The position numbers were made by a program, and so were the translations under genes. A DNA stretch of 51,006 bases, from IMG/VR virus record IMGVR_UViG_3300002054_000002, positions 1-51,006 of that record; one strand, 5' to 3'. Source of the stretch: a virus. A model generated the notes under the pieces. The model was given only the letters and a program-made list of their open reading frames with translations, had not been told where the DNA came from and did no database searches. Each line of letters starts with the position of its first letter. The stretch's first letter is position 1. Positions 25,725 to 36,479 of the stretch are shown piece after piece.

Positions 25725-28236
25725 GCAATACCGCAACCAATTCTATGATCAATCGGAGGAGACCGATTGGCTATTGGGAAACTCAGGAGACTGGCAGGAG
25801 GTTATTATTCGATTCGAAGCCTCTGTTCGATTCGATGCGAACGACCAAGAGAGCGTCAACATCGACATCAAAAACAAGACCTTTGTACTGAACAACGGCA
25901 GGAAGTGGAGCGATTACGGCTTTGATATTGGCGATTTAGTTACCCTTCAATACACAAGAACTCAGGACGGAGCAGCCCCCAACGATGTATCCGTAACCTT
26001 TACCATTATAAACCTGTTCGGAAGCACCCTTGAGCACGACAGGACTTTCAATTCCAGTTTTGTTGAAACCGTTCTACCCACCAACAGGGGTACCACGGCA
26101 ATCATAAACGTATCGTTTAGAACCGAGAAACAGCCACAGGGCTTAAAGTTTCGGTATTCACACATAACCAATGAGGACTCCGATAGTAACAACCTTGCAT
26201 CTTTCATCGATGGGAGCGTTGGGGAGTTTTCGTTTCCCGGTTTGGACTTGGTGGCAAACGGGCAGGAGCGTGAAATGAACCCTGACGGCATACAATCGGG
26301 CATGGCGATTGATGGTGCCACGGTCAAACCCATATCCAACTCAGGCGGTGTTTATACCTACGAGGTTACTGCTAGGTTCATGATAGCGAGCTTCTTCGAG
26401 CAGCCCAGCGACTTGGAGGATGGTACCATACCGCCGATATTGTTCGGAACAGGCTCCCTTACCGATAACTTCGAGATTATAGTGTTCCCCGAATGGAACA
26501 ATCCGAACACGGTAATAATGAACGACCTGAACAACACGCAGCGTCTTGGTAATACAGGCTGGTTCAATGAAAACTTTAACGGGCTTGATAACGAGTTCAC
26601 AATAGAGTCACTAAAATATTTCGATGAGGATGGTGCAGAGGTTGATACCTTGGACTATGCACGCCCCATCACTGCGGAGATAACCGTTTCGGGAATACAG
26701 AACCTGAGCGCATCGACCGAGCTTGGTTTCGGGTTCGCATGGATACCTCAAAACGAGGATGATTATTTCAACAAGGAGACCCCATTTCATAAGAACCTGT
26801 TCGTAAATACTGGCAGGGTGTACGATGATGGCGTAAACGATAGTTTCAACCTCGGAGAAAGTGTTGCAGGAATTACATACGAGGGCTTCAGTACTTCGGA
26901 TGCACGTATGGACGTTGAGGCAGCTGATGGCTCCATGTTCCAAGTTGCTGGCACGGATAGCGTTGTACTCAAGGCGAAGTTCATACCGACCCCTGAGTTC
27001 GTTGGCTTCTTTGATGCCCGGAATGAGAACGACAGGAATTATATCCTGTGGATATCGGTTGCAGACCATTCGGAGAGGATAAACTTCTCGGACAGGGTTT
27101 CATTGTTGGCTCATTATGCAGCACTCACCAAAACAATACCGCCAGCTGGCCCGTTCCCCGGCATGACAAATAAGTTTATCGAGCATCCGCAGGATGATTT
27201 CGTTGCAGGGGCAGAGAAGTACTTCGGTTTCGTTGAGGATGATGTGTTGACTAGGATTCAGTTTCAGGTCGCTCAGGCGGATGATTTATTCATACAGGCT
27301 ATGACGTTCGGGTACCAAGTGGTAAATGAAACGACAGGAGATGCGTACCTATTGGAGGAGATTCCAGTAGTACTTGATCAGTTTCCCAAGGATTCGAGCG
27401 GAGCGCAACAATTGGCATTTGATGGCACCCGTGGCTTCAGGTTGGTTCCCGGTAACAACAAGAACTGGGTCAAGGTTGAGCGAGATACAGGGAACGATAG
27501 CGCAGGGATGTTCGGTTACAAGGCATTTTTCGCTGCCAAACTTCGCTGGGAATACTGGCTGAGTAAGGATGATGTTCCTGAAGAGTTCTTCAATATTGCG
27601 CTTGAGAACAATGGCCAGCACAATAACTGGCTTGATTACTTGCGTGCAGAGCCACAGGGAACGTACAGAATTGACTTTTTTGTGCAGACCGATGCTATTG
27701 AGGACGGAGAGCTTAAACGGTACACGAACGAGTACGAGATTGATTTTAGGGGCTACGATGAAAATACGAACATCGAGACCACTCACGAATACTTCAAGGA
27801 TTCCGATAATACCCTTCTAAACATAGGGGCGGATCCCGATACAGGCGCACCGCTTGGGGTTATACTCAGCGATGACCGAACACGTATCGAGATAACGTAC
27901 ACCAATTTGACCGAGGATTTCGACATTCAAAAGATGTACGGGGTAATCACTTTGGAGATTGACCGTGGTCCAGGCCTGTTGGAACACAGGCAACTGAGCT
28001 CACAATGGGCAAGCGAGTCGGGCAACCCACTTATACCATTGGACGGGGAGACCCGATTGAAATTTGAACAAATATCGCCGAGAGTTGTAAAAACCTCTTG
28101 TTTGGTTGACCCTGCACTATTGGAACAGGTTCTTCGTTACAAGATAACTGGCAGGATAGGCTGTTGGGATGAGAGTCCCGGAGGGCAACCTGTAGCAGGA
28201 CTTTACGAAGAACGGTACTCACAAACCTATGAATAA
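25702..28236 (+). CDS. Large tail-tip/baseplate protein
   Basis: 844 aa; the call is positional. Confidence 0.55.
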   Translation: MGVKVISRQYRNQFYDQSEETDWLLGNSGDWQEVIIRFEASVRFDANDQESVNIDIKNKTFVLNNGRKWSDYGFDIGDLVTLQYTRTQDGAAPNDVSVTFTIINLFGSTLEHDRTFNSSFVETVLPTNRGTTAIINVSFRTEKQPQGLKFRYSHITNEDSDSNNLASFIDGSVGEFSFPGLDLVANGQEREMNPDGIQSGMAIDGATVKPISNSGGVYTYEVTARFMIASFFEQPSDLEDGTIPPILFGTGSLTDNFEIIVFPEWNNPNTVIMNDLNNTQRLGNTGWFNENFNGLDNEFTIESLKYFDEDGAEVDTLDYARPITAEITVSGIQNLSASTELGFGFAWIPQNEDDYFNKETPFHKNLFVNTGRVYDDGVNDSFNLGESVAGITYEGFSTSDARMDVEAADGSMFQVAGTDSVVLKAKFIPTPEFVGFFDARNENDRNYILWISVADHSERINFSDRVSLLAHYAALTKTIPPAGPFPGMTNKFIEHPQDDFVAGAEKYFGFVEDDVLTRIQFQVAQADDLFIQAMTFGYQVVNETTGDAYLLEEIPVVLDQFPKDSSGAQQLAFDGTRGFRLVPGNNKNWVKVERDTGNDSAGMFGYKAFFAAKLRWEYWLSKDDVPEEFFNIALENNGQHNNWLDYLRAEPQGTYRIDFFVQTDAIEDGELKRYTNEYEIDFRGYDENTNIETTHEYFKDSDNTLLNIGADPDTGAPLGVILSDDRTRIEITYTNLTEDFDIQKMYGVITLEIDRGPGLLEHRQLSSQWASESGNPLIPLDGETRLKFEQISPRVVKTSCLVDPALLEQVLRYKITGRIGCWDESPGGQPVAGLYEERYSQTYE

Positions 28237-28248
28237 AAACTTAGCACA

Positions 28249-29721
28249 ATGGCTGACAATTTAAAAATCACAGAACAGAACATCGACGCTGCCATCGACC
28301 CCTCGGCAGGCATTGGTGGTATTTTAGCATCTGAGCACAATACTGTACTCAAGGAGGTGCTGAACAAGGCAGGGAAGTATGCAGGCATATTCTTTACCGC
28401 AAAGGGGGATAACACAGGCGTAGCCCCAATTGGTACCTTGTTGTTCAATGGTAATGCGTTCAATACGCTGACCGATTTCACTATTCGCCTTTCGAAGCAA
28501 TCCGCCGACCTCAATGATGTTGGCGATATACTTGCCATTATGAGTACTGGTTCGATTATCCATTTCAAGGATAAGGTTGGGCGCAGTGCATTCTTTGAAT
28601 ACCAAAGCCACGCCCCCGGCAACGATGGCACGAATGATATCTATGATGTTACTGTACGTGGAGTTGCAGGCAATGCAAATTATACATACCAAGTTGTCGA
28701 GGCAGAGGTTTGTGCATTAAACTTCTTTATTTTAGGAGGTGCAGGCATAATTCCTGAATACACGCTTGATATCAATGCAAACAACGTGCGCCTTTTAAAG
28801 GACGGGGTGGTGGTTTCAACTGAAGATTTAAGTATTTACATTGATGACACCAACCTAGCCAGACTTGTTGATGGGGATCTTGATGGGGCGACTGGTATTG
28901 CAACTTTCGAGAGGGATGATAATACCACTTTTACTGTTGATTTCAGCTCTTTTTTAAATGGTGCAGGATTAACGGATGGCGATTACGGAGATATAACCGT
29001 TTCAGGTAGCGGTACTGTCATGACGATTGATGATGGAACCATATCAACATCTAAAATACAATCAGGAGCCGTTGGTAACACTCAAATAGCCGACGGCTCA
29101 ATTTCAAAGGAAAAACTCAAGGGAATTAACGCCCCTACAGATGGGCAGATGGTTGTTTGGAGAAACATTGGCGATAGGTTCGAGTTCCAAGATGTGCCTG
29201 ATGTAAATGGTTTTCTTGCTCTTACTGGTGGGTCGATGACTGGGGATGTTGATTTTGACGAGAACACCCTAGAAAATCTTGGCGTAGTGGAAAGTCAGGC
29301 TTTTGATATAAAATCGGGGGCAGGCGGTGCTAATTGGAAAATAGCTAGAGGGGTGTTCGGAGGTGGCGTTCTTGAGATAGTATCCCCTACCTCGACAAGT
29401 GCCACGGGATACCGATTTGCGGAGAATGGCATTCCTGCCCATCCAAGAGACTTAATAACCAAAGAGTTTGCCGATGCCAATTACGCAGGCGGTGGAGGTT
29501 CGGCAACTAAATACAATCAAACGTTTGTTGTAGCAGATTGGACAGCGAACCAAATTACCATACCAGCTGCCACGCATGGGGTTGGCACAAAGCCAATAAC
29601 ACAGGTATTCGATTCGGCTGGCAACGAGGTTGTAATTGACAAAAATAGAAGCGCAAGCGGCGACGTTACCCTTACCGTAATACCCGGTCAGGAGTTCGAC
29701 GGAGACTTAACTATAATTTAA
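28249..29721 (+). CDS. Tail fiber protein
   Basis: 490 aa, beta-rich. The junction PRDLITKEFADANYAGGGGS is shared with the next gene. Confidence 0.6.
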   Translation: MADNLKITEQNIDAAIDPSAGIGGILASEHNTVLKEVLNKAGKYAGIFFTAKGDNTGVAPIGTLLFNGNAFNTLTDFTIRLSKQSADLNDVGDILAIMSTGSIIHFKDKVGRSAFFEYQSHAPGNDGTNDIYDVTVRGVAGNANYTYQVVEAEVCALNFFILGGAGIIPEYTLDINANNVRLLKDGVVVSTEDLSIYIDDTNLARLVDGDLDGATGIATFERDDNTTFTVDFSSFLNGAGLTDGDYGDITVSGSGTVMTIDDGTISTSKIQSGAVGNTQIADGSISKEKLKGINAPTDGQMVVWRNIGDRFEFQDVPDVNGFLALTGGSMTGDVDFDENTLENLGVVESQAFDIKSGAGGANWKIARGVFGGGVLEIVSPTSTSATGYRFAENGIPAHPRDLITKEFADANYAGGGGSATKYNQTFVVADWTANQITIPAATHGVGTKPITQVFDSAGNEVVIDKNRSASGDVTLTVIPGQEFDGDLTII

Positions 29722-29728
29722 AAAAGCC

Positions 29729-31096
29729 ATGACAAAAATTAAATCATACATTCAAGATGATGTGACCATTCAGGGGAGTGGAGCCGATAGGTTCATTCGT
29801 TTTGTGGAAAGCCTCGGAGCTTTCAATGGAGCCTTTATTCAATTTCAAGGGAGTGCGAACAAGTTCCATATTGGTATCCACGCATTGAACGACCAAGACC
29901 CTGCGAACGACCAAAAAGTTTTAACCATACAGAGGGCGGATGGTTTTATTGGTATCAATACCGAAACTCCAAACTTTGAACTTGACCTTGAGGGTACCTT
30001 CCGAAATGAGGGCGTAAGGATATCCCCAACATTTACGGACTTCACAGGTAGGGTAGCATTGGTTAACCCCTCTTTTGGAGGCTCACGGCTTGGGGATAGC
30101 GACCTACAAACCCCATCTTTAGACGTTGGGACTGTTATAAATTTCATTGACGGAACAACGCCACAACAGGTAAACTTCTCAATATTTGAAAACAACAAGG
30201 TTATAACGGTTCGCTCTGCTAAAGAGGGAGACCAGTCTGTTGGTGTATTCGATTTCAATGGGGGTAATCAGGCAGAGTTTGGCGTGAGCGATGCAGAGGC
30301 GACGTTCGCTGCAACCATAAACTTTACTGATGGAAAAGGATACGTTAACGATGTTGGCGTTCAGAGGTATGAACCGGGCGTCAGTGTTGTAGCCAAGTCC
30401 TTTTACGATGTAATGATCAACTCAGGGGGTGCTCCACGAATGAAGCACATCAAGACTTACTACGATGGAACCACATACGACGTAATTAGAGAGATTCTTG
30501 TGGACGGACAAATGGTTCACAAGAAAATAGTTGAGTTTGAGAAGGTTACGAAGGGGGTTGATCCTGTTGATGATGAGGATTTTGTAACTAAGGGGTACGC
30601 CGATTCAAACTATGCAGGAGGTGGAGGTGGAGGAACGTGGAAGGGAGCTGCTGTCGCCAAAACAATCACATCGGGAGCGGCTTATACTTCAATGTATAGC
30701 GAAACCATTCCGATGGGTACGCTCGCAAACGATGGCGATGTTATTGAGTTTGAATTTTATCTTGCAATAGATGGGGCGGTAGGCGTTACTCAAAGTGATT
30801 TAGGCTATAGGCTTACGGTTGGAGGAACTTCTTTGACTGAGAGTGGATTTCCGTTCGCTAGTGGGGGATATACAAACACAGTTAGAGGTAAAATCGTAAG
30901 GCAATCTTCGACAACCATAAGTTTGTACATGGAAATATTTTTAAACTCAAGTATAGTTAAGGAGTTTCCATTTAACCAACTAGAAAGAACGGTTGCAAAC
31001 TTAGATAATAATGATTTATCCTTTGATTTTCTGGCTATTGATGCTGGTGGCGCAGATAGTTGGACTATTTATAATGGCTACTTAAAACAAATATAA
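29729..31096 (+). CDS. Tail fiber protein (paralogue-like)
   Basis: 455 aa with the junction DEDFVTKGYADSNYAGGGGGG. Confidence 0.6.
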   Translation: MTKIKSYIQDDVTIQGSGADRFIRFVESLGAFNGAFIQFQGSANKFHIGIHALNDQDPANDQKVLTIQRADGFIGINTETPNFELDLEGTFRNEGVRISPTFTDFTGRVALVNPSFGGSRLGDSDLQTPSLDVGTVINFIDGTTPQQVNFSIFENNKVITVRSAKEGDQSVGVFDFNGGNQAEFGVSDAEATFAATINFTDGKGYVNDVGVQRYEPGVSVVAKSFYDVMINSGGAPRMKHIKTYYDGTTYDVIREILVDGQMVHKKIVEFEKVTKGVDPVDDEDFVTKGYADSNYAGGGGGGTWKGAAVAKTITSGAAYTSMYSETIPMGTLANDGDVIEFEFYLAIDGAVGVTQSDLGYRLTVGGTSLTESGFPFASGGYTNTVRGKIVRQSSTTISLYMEIFLNSSIVKEFPFNQLERTVANLDNNDLSFDFLAIDAGGADSWTIYNGYLKQI

Positions 31097-33190
31097 ATGT
31101 GCGACCCTAATGAAAACACAGTTATAGCCTTGGATTTTGTCACGGCAGGCGACCAAGGAAACTGGCAAACAACCTCACAGACCCCCGTTCAAACGATCGG
31201 GGGTAAATTGCTTCTTGATGCGGACTCCAACAGTGCTGAGTTCAAAAGGGCAATTGGAACGGTCGACCCCACCAATAACAGGCTTACCATAAAGTCCAAT
31301 TTCTCTATCGAGATTGCGACTGGTGCGCCCCCAACAATGGAGGTCGTGTTCGACCTTTTTGTTGACGGCAACAAATTGGGTAGCAGCTGCGCCGAGTTCG
31401 CGAACATTCAGGCAGGGGCTAATTATGTGTACCACCTAGACCGAACCTTCAAAATGCCCGTTGTGGGCAATGGTAACGTAACGCTTGTCGTTACCATCCC
31501 TGAAGGTTTCCAAAACCAAGTATTTCTTACCGACCTAAGTGTCGCCGACAGCCTGTTCTGCGAGGACAACGTTCGGTCATACTTCGTAATAGATGAACTT
31601 TTCGAGGATGCTTTGGCTGCGCAGTCAGCTGGAATTGAGCTTTTAGAGTGGAAGGTTGACGATGTTGAAACCCTTACCCCTCAGTTTTTTGCGGAGAACA
31701 ACTCTCCCGGAGGCGACCCACGCATCCAATGGTTACTGGCAAAAGCCGATATTGACGGCAGCAACCGTGTATCCGACAACTCTATGCCCAACAGCTTTAA
31801 CCCGTTCGTGGATGAGTTCGGGCTTGAGTTCGATACCGCCTCAAGTTTTCATGGTGGCAAGCCCATTGGTACCGTTTCGGGTTCCGATTATGGTCCAGGC
31901 CTGTTGGCAATTGGATTACTGAAACCAGTAATACTTAACGGAGCACTCAACTCAAAAAAGGGAGCGTTCTTCGTGGATATCGATTTTAGTAAGAGACTAA
32001 AGATTTCGTTCAATGTAATACTGAACAAGTCGAGTACCAACCTATTCAGTAACCCCGATTATTTACGAACGTATTTCATTGAGGTTGATGAGCGGTTCTG
32101 TACCCGTAGGTTCTACTATGTTGAGGACGGCGTTGAAGTTGATCAGGATATAAACGGATTCCTTTCGGGTATAACATCATCCGAAATAAACGAGGTGGTA
32201 GTTCCATGTGATGAGGCATTCGCACCATCGGGGGCAAGCGGTAATTTTACCTATGTTCTTGATTTTGGCACCGAAATTGGCACCGTTGGAATTGAGTACA
32301 ACGCCTTTAGTGTTCCCGACAGGTTTATTGTTGAGTACGATGGGGTAACATACGATACCGGGTTCGTTGGAAGCAGCTCGCAAGACCAAAACCTTATAAA
32401 TGCTGGTGTCGACCCAGTTGACATAAATACAGCAAACCCATCCAACGGCTCAGGATCCCTTATAATTCCCAAGCCGAACGCATTACCATCTCAGGCAACC
32501 ATAACGGTACTGGCACCATTGGGGAGCACTGCGTGGAACGTTAAGGGTATTTGTGCAGCAAGCGTGCCACCAATAGCATCAATTATCGCAGATGATACCA
32601 GTGTATCGCCCGGAACTACAGTAACGTTTGATGTAACGGCTAGTGATTCCGATGGTACGATCGAGAGCTGGATGATAAATTACGGCGATGGTGCCACCGA
32701 TAGCGGATTGGGAAGCCCTCCTGCGCAGTTCATGCACTCCTACAGCGTTGCTGGCGGAAAAACAATCACCCTATCCGTTACGGACAACGATGGGAATACA
32801 ACCACAGTAACCGAAACGCTCACAGTGCAATCCACACCACGTCCGGGAGGGATACGTGTTGATGTTTCTTCCGAGGGCAATTGTTACAGTTGCTTTAGAA
32901 TAACGGTAACGGTGCCACAGGGAGAGACCAGACAGGTTGAGTTCAATTCGACGTTTGCGCCTTCAGGTGCCTATGCAGCTGGGTTCTGCCCAATAATGCA
33001 GCCCGGTGATGATGAAATTGGACTCGATACCATAGAGAACATATCTCAGACAACATCTTTCGTATTTGGTATAGATGGAGCTCAAGGCTCGAACCAAGTA
33101 CCGAGTTCTATAAACGTTATTGTAAGGGACGGCGGATCCGTGGAGGATTCCCAGTTGTTTACGAGAACCCATGCTAACTCAAATTGTTAA
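31097..33190 (+). CDS. Tail-associated protein with a PKD domain
   Basis: PKD signature at about 32576-32830: VSPGTTVTFDVTASDSDGTIESWMINYGDGAT..HSYSVAGGKTITLSVTDNDGNTTT. Confidence 0.65.
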   Translation: MCDPNENTVIALDFVTAGDQGNWQTTSQTPVQTIGGKLLLDADSNSAEFKRAIGTVDPTNNRLTIKSNFSIEIATGAPPTMEVVFDLFVDGNKLGSSCAEFANIQAGANYVYHLDRTFKMPVVGNGNVTLVVTIPEGFQNQVFLTDLSVADSLFCEDNVRSYFVIDELFEDALAAQSAGIELLEWKVDDVETLTPQFFAENNSPGGDPRIQWLLAKADIDGSNRVSDNSMPNSFNPFVDEFGLEFDTASSFHGGKPIGTVSGSDYGPGLLAIGLLKPVILNGALNSKKGAFFVDIDFSKRLKISFNVILNKSSTNLFSNPDYLRTYFIEVDERFCTRRFYYVEDGVEVDQDINGFLSGITSSEINEVVVPCDEAFAPSGASGNFTYVLDFGTEIGTVGIEYNAFSVPDRFIVEYDGVTYDTGFVGSSSQDQNLINAGVDPVDINTANPSNGSGSLIIPKPNALPSQATITVLAPLGSTAWNVKGICAASVPPIASIIADDTSVSPGTTVTFDVTASDSDGTIESWMINYGDGATDSGLGSPPAQFMHSYSVAGGKTITLSVTDNDGNTTTVTETLTVQSTPRPGGIRVDVSSEGNCYSCFRITVTVPQGETRQVEFNSTFAPSGAYAAGFCPIMQPGDDEIGLDTIENISQTTSFVFGIDGAQGSNQVPSSINVIVRDGGSVEDSQLFTRTHANSNC

Positions 33191-33194
33191 TATA

Positions 33195-34145
33195 ATGGCA
33201 GAGGATTTACTCAAAATAGTACACATTGACGGCAGCGAATTTGGCTGCGTGGATGGCTTCGACCCATGCACATTAAAGGAACGTACACAAAGTTTCGCTT
33301 TATTTGTTGATGTTCCCACGCAGAACGAAACCCCCGAAGAGGTTTTTAAGGAGTGTTGTTACGTTCACAGGGTGCTGGCATCGGCAACCGAAACCTCATC
33401 GGCACGAAACGATTTTAGTGGGTTCTTCCATCAGAGACAGGTTTCAAACGAGAGCTGTGATTTCATATTGGTAGACCTTTCCGATAATAGTGAGACCATA
33501 CTAGAGGCTCAGTATGGTACCCTCATGGATTTTGGTACCATCGCACAGCAGCCGAACCTCAAAACATACAGGCTTGATTGGCGAAAGGTTCTACTTGACC
33601 TCGGCGAGGGTTCCTATAAGGTGCTCAAGCGTTTTAATCTTGTGGGGCTTACAGTAGATGAGGAGTATTTGGTGTATAACCTTCAGGCGTATGGAGATAG
33701 TGCAGCAAACGGCACGATTCGCATTGATGTAACCATGAGCGGTCTAATGGAAAGGCTTGGGATTGACTTCTCAGGTACGGATTTCGCCACCTCCTTGAGG
33801 CTTCCGGGCTTCTTTGGACGGCGTGAGCCAACATTCGAGGAGGATAACATTGTGAGCCGAAGCTATCAAAAGCGTCAGGTTTCAATGAAGCAGACCAATG
33901 AATACAAACTTCAGACGAACATGGTACCCGATTGTATCACAAATGAAGTGATCGATTTTATGCTGTTCTCGGACGATATCCGTGTTTTTGATTATAATTT
34001 GAACAACCACTCCTACGATTTTAAAAACTTCCCCGTTAAGTTAGAGAACAATGAGGGAACTAGATACATTACCCGAAGCCGTAAGGCGCAACTAAACCTT
34101 GTTTTCTCCGATAAAACGGTTGACAACAATAAACGCAATTATTAA
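33195..34145 (+). CDS. Tail-module hypothetical protein
   Basis: ATG 33195 lies just after the upstream stop at 33190. The track start at 33171 overlaps the upstream gene. Confidence 0.5.
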   Translation: MAEDLLKIVHIDGSEFGCVDGFDPCTLKERTQSFALFVDVPTQNETPEEVFKECCYVHRVLASATETSSARNDFSGFFHQRQVSNESCDFILVDLSDNSETILEAQYGTLMDFGTIAQQPNLKTYRLDWRKVLLDLGEGSYKVLKRFNLVGLTVDEEYLVYNLQAYGDSAANGTIRIDVTMSGLMERLGIDFSGTDFATSLRLPGFFGRREPTFEEDNIVSRSYQKRQVSMKQTNEYKLQTNMVPDCITNEVIDFMLFSDDIRVFDYNLNNHSYDFKNFPVKLENNEGTRYITRSRKAQLNLVFSDKTVDNNKRNY

Positions 34146-34147
34146 TT

Positions 34148-36478
34148 ATGGACGCACAGATTTTTTTAGTAGGCGGAAATGTTCAGGTACGTGAAGCAGG
34201 CGTAGTAGTTATGCTGATACCGTCCCGTTCGTTTCGTGTCGAACCTGAAGAGAACCATGTATCTCTTCATGATATGGAAATTGACCGAACACGTCAATAC
34301 GCATACTCCGAAGTTCAAGAGGCCGATGGTACTCCCGTTGGTGCTAAGGACGACGTAATAATCTACCTAAGCGACTTTGTAAATTTTAAGGAGCCTACTG
34401 GGACACCCATTCCCGGTCCAGTAGGCCCGATTGGCCCACAGGGAAACGACGGCGACTCCGCATACCAAGTATGGCTCGATGAGGGCAATACTGGAACCGA
34501 GCAGGACTTTTTTGATTCGTTTATTGGTGCCGATGGCACCGATGGCGTTGATGGTTTGCCCGGAGCGGATGGAGCGGACGGAGCGCAGGGCATTCAGGGG
34601 ATACAAGGAGAAACTGGACTATCCGCCTATGAGGTTTGGCTAAACGAGGGGAACATTGGACTCGAGTCGGATTTCCTTTTGGATATAACTGGCGATCCAG
34701 GCCAAGACGGAGCCGATGGTTCGGATGGTGCCGATGGAGCCGTTGGTGCTACTGGTGCTCAGGGAGCTCAAGGCCCAGACGGACTTTCTGCATACGAGGT
34801 ATGGCTCGCCGATGGAAACACGGGAACCGAAACCGATTACATAAACTCTCTTCAGGGAGCGCAGGGCGTTCAGGGTATTCAAGGTATTCAGGGCGTTCAA
34901 GGAATACCCGGACTTGATGGTGCGGACGGCGTTGATGGTGCAAACGGAGCAGATGGTGCAACAGGTTCACAAGGGCCACAGGGAGCTCAGGGAGCTCAGG
35001 GCATTCAAGGAATACCGGGCAATGACGGAGCAGATGGAGCCAACGGAACGGACGGAGCAGATGGGGCAGATGGAGAGTCCGCATACGAGGTATGGCTTGG
35101 ATTGGGTAATACAGGAAATGAAACCGACTTTTTAAACACCCTAAAAGGGGATAAAGGAGATACTGGCGATACTGGCCCAGCTGGTGCCGATGGCGTTGAT
35201 GGCGCAGATGGAGCTCAAGGTATTCAGGGTATTCAGGGAGCCACAGGTGCTCAAGGTGCTATGGGAGCTATGGGAGCTCAGGGAATACCGGGGAACGATG
35301 GAGCGGATGGAGCACAGGGCCCTCCCGGAGCGGATGGCGCAACTGGGGCGCAAGGGCCACAAGGTGTACCGGGTGTACCGGGTGCTGATGGAAACGACGG
35401 GGCGGATGGTGCTCAGGGAATACAGGGCATCCAAGGTATTCAGGGCGAAAAAGGCGACACGGGGGATACTGGTGCCACAGGAGCCACAGGAGCAACTGGC
35501 GCAGATGGTGCGATGGGCGTTCCCGGTATTCCGGGCGCAGATGGTGCCGATGGAGCTCAAGGCCCACAGGGCCCTCAAGGCATCCAAGGCCCAGCAGGAA
35601 ACGACGGGGCTGACGGTGCAGATGGACAAGATGCCGTTATAACTGGCGACCTCCACGAATTACTCAGGTACGATACAGCAACTGGCGAGCTTGTTGGAAC
35701 AAATATTTTTGTAAACCCCGAAGGCAGGCTTGGTATTGGAACGGATACGCCTGAGAGGGAGATACATATTTTTGATGGCAACTTTAGACTGGACAGAACA
35801 TCTAACTCAGCATCGTTTTGGTTTATTCGTAAAGATGCTGGCGGAAACGTTCTGAAGTCTTTTAGAATGGATAACGATGCCTTTGGAACCAATGACGGAC
35901 AGTTTACCATTGGAGACGTTGGAACAGCGGTTAGTGGCGCAATGACTCCTAGGTTTAGAATTGAGAACGATGGAAAAATCAACTTTTTTCTGAACCGAGT
36001 AACAAACGTAGGCAACCCGGTTGATGCGGATGATGCCGTTCCTTTGAAATTGTTGGATGCGGTTAAGGTTCGTAACCTACAAACTGGAAACCTTAATACA
36101 GGCGTCGGCGTGTTATCCAGCCTTAAAACAGTTGATCAGCTCGGTTCAACACTTGGGCAGTTCACACTTGCAGCCAATGGTATTACGCCAAACTTTACTG
36201 GAAACGTTAGAATTGATTTCAATGCGGAGCTTTTTGGCAACGCAACAAGAGCAGTTGTTGGGTTCAGATGGGCGCATGATGGGAACGTTGGCCCGTGGGT
36301 TCAACATACCTACATTAGGAACGCCAGCGGACACTCCGAAACATCGGCAAACTTCAGCACGGTTATCCCCGTGGTTGCAGGACAACCCATACAAATACAG
36401 CACGACAACTTCGCAGGAGGTGGTACAGTTACCTCTCGAGAGGATGGAGTTGAATTAATAATCCAAAGAATAAAGTAA
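34148..36478 (+). CDS. Collagen-like tail fiber
   Basis: 776 aa. The N-terminal domain is paralogous to 10416. About 410 aa of G-X-Y repeats are interrupted by four SAYEVWL..GNTG.E.DF modules. The C-terminal globular part is about 280 aa and contains NPVDADDAVPLKLLD. Confidence 0.85.
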   Translation: MDAQIFLVGGNVQVREAGVVVMLIPSRSFRVEPEENHVSLHDMEIDRTRQYAYSEVQEADGTPVGAKDDVIIYLSDFVNFKEPTGTPIPGPVGPIGPQGNDGDSAYQVWLDEGNTGTEQDFFDSFIGADGTDGVDGLPGADGADGAQGIQGIQGETGLSAYEVWLNEGNIGLESDFLLDITGDPGQDGADGSDGADGAVGATGAQGAQGPDGLSAYEVWLADGNTGTETDYINSLQGAQGVQGIQGIQGVQGIPGLDGADGVDGANGADGATGSQGPQGAQGAQGIQGIPGNDGADGANGTDGADGADGESAYEVWLGLGNTGNETDFLNTLKGDKGDTGDTGPAGADGVDGADGAQGIQGIQGATGAQGAMGAMGAQGIPGNDGADGAQGPPGADGATGAQGPQGVPGVPGADGNDGADGAQGIQGIQGIQGEKGDTGDTGATGATGATGADGAMGVPGIPGADGADGAQGPQGPQGIQGPAGNDGADGADGQDAVITGDLHELLRYDTATGELVGTNIFVNPEGRLGIGTDTPEREIHIFDGNFRLDRTSNSASFWFIRKDAGGNVLKSFRMDNDAFGTNDGQFTIGDVGTAVSGAMTPRFRIENDGKINFFLNRVTNVGNPVDADDAVPLKLLDAVKVRNLQTGNLNTGVGVLSSLKTVDQLGSTLGQFTLAANGITPNFTGNVRIDFNAELFGNATRAVVGFRWAHDGNVGPWVQHTYIRNASGHSETSANFSTVIPVVAGQPIQIQHDNFAGGGTVTSREDGVELIIQRIK
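34400..35632 (+). repeat. Collagen-type (GGN-NNN-NNN)n coding repeat region
   Basis: Runs such as ggtattcagggtattcaggg and gatggngcngatgg. All six frames are open here because of the composition. Confidence 0.9.
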
Positions 36479-36479
36479 C

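Noticed and set aside
34363-35656. Many long alternate-frame and antisense ORFs across the collagen-repeat region, for example 35141..35656(-), 35184..35642(+), 34749..35084(-) and 34636..34917(+)
   Set aside because: The (GGN NNN NNN)n composition removes stop codons in all six frames. The translations are low-complexity (R/P/H/W-rich), and only the G-X-Y frame is continuous with flanking non-repeat domains.
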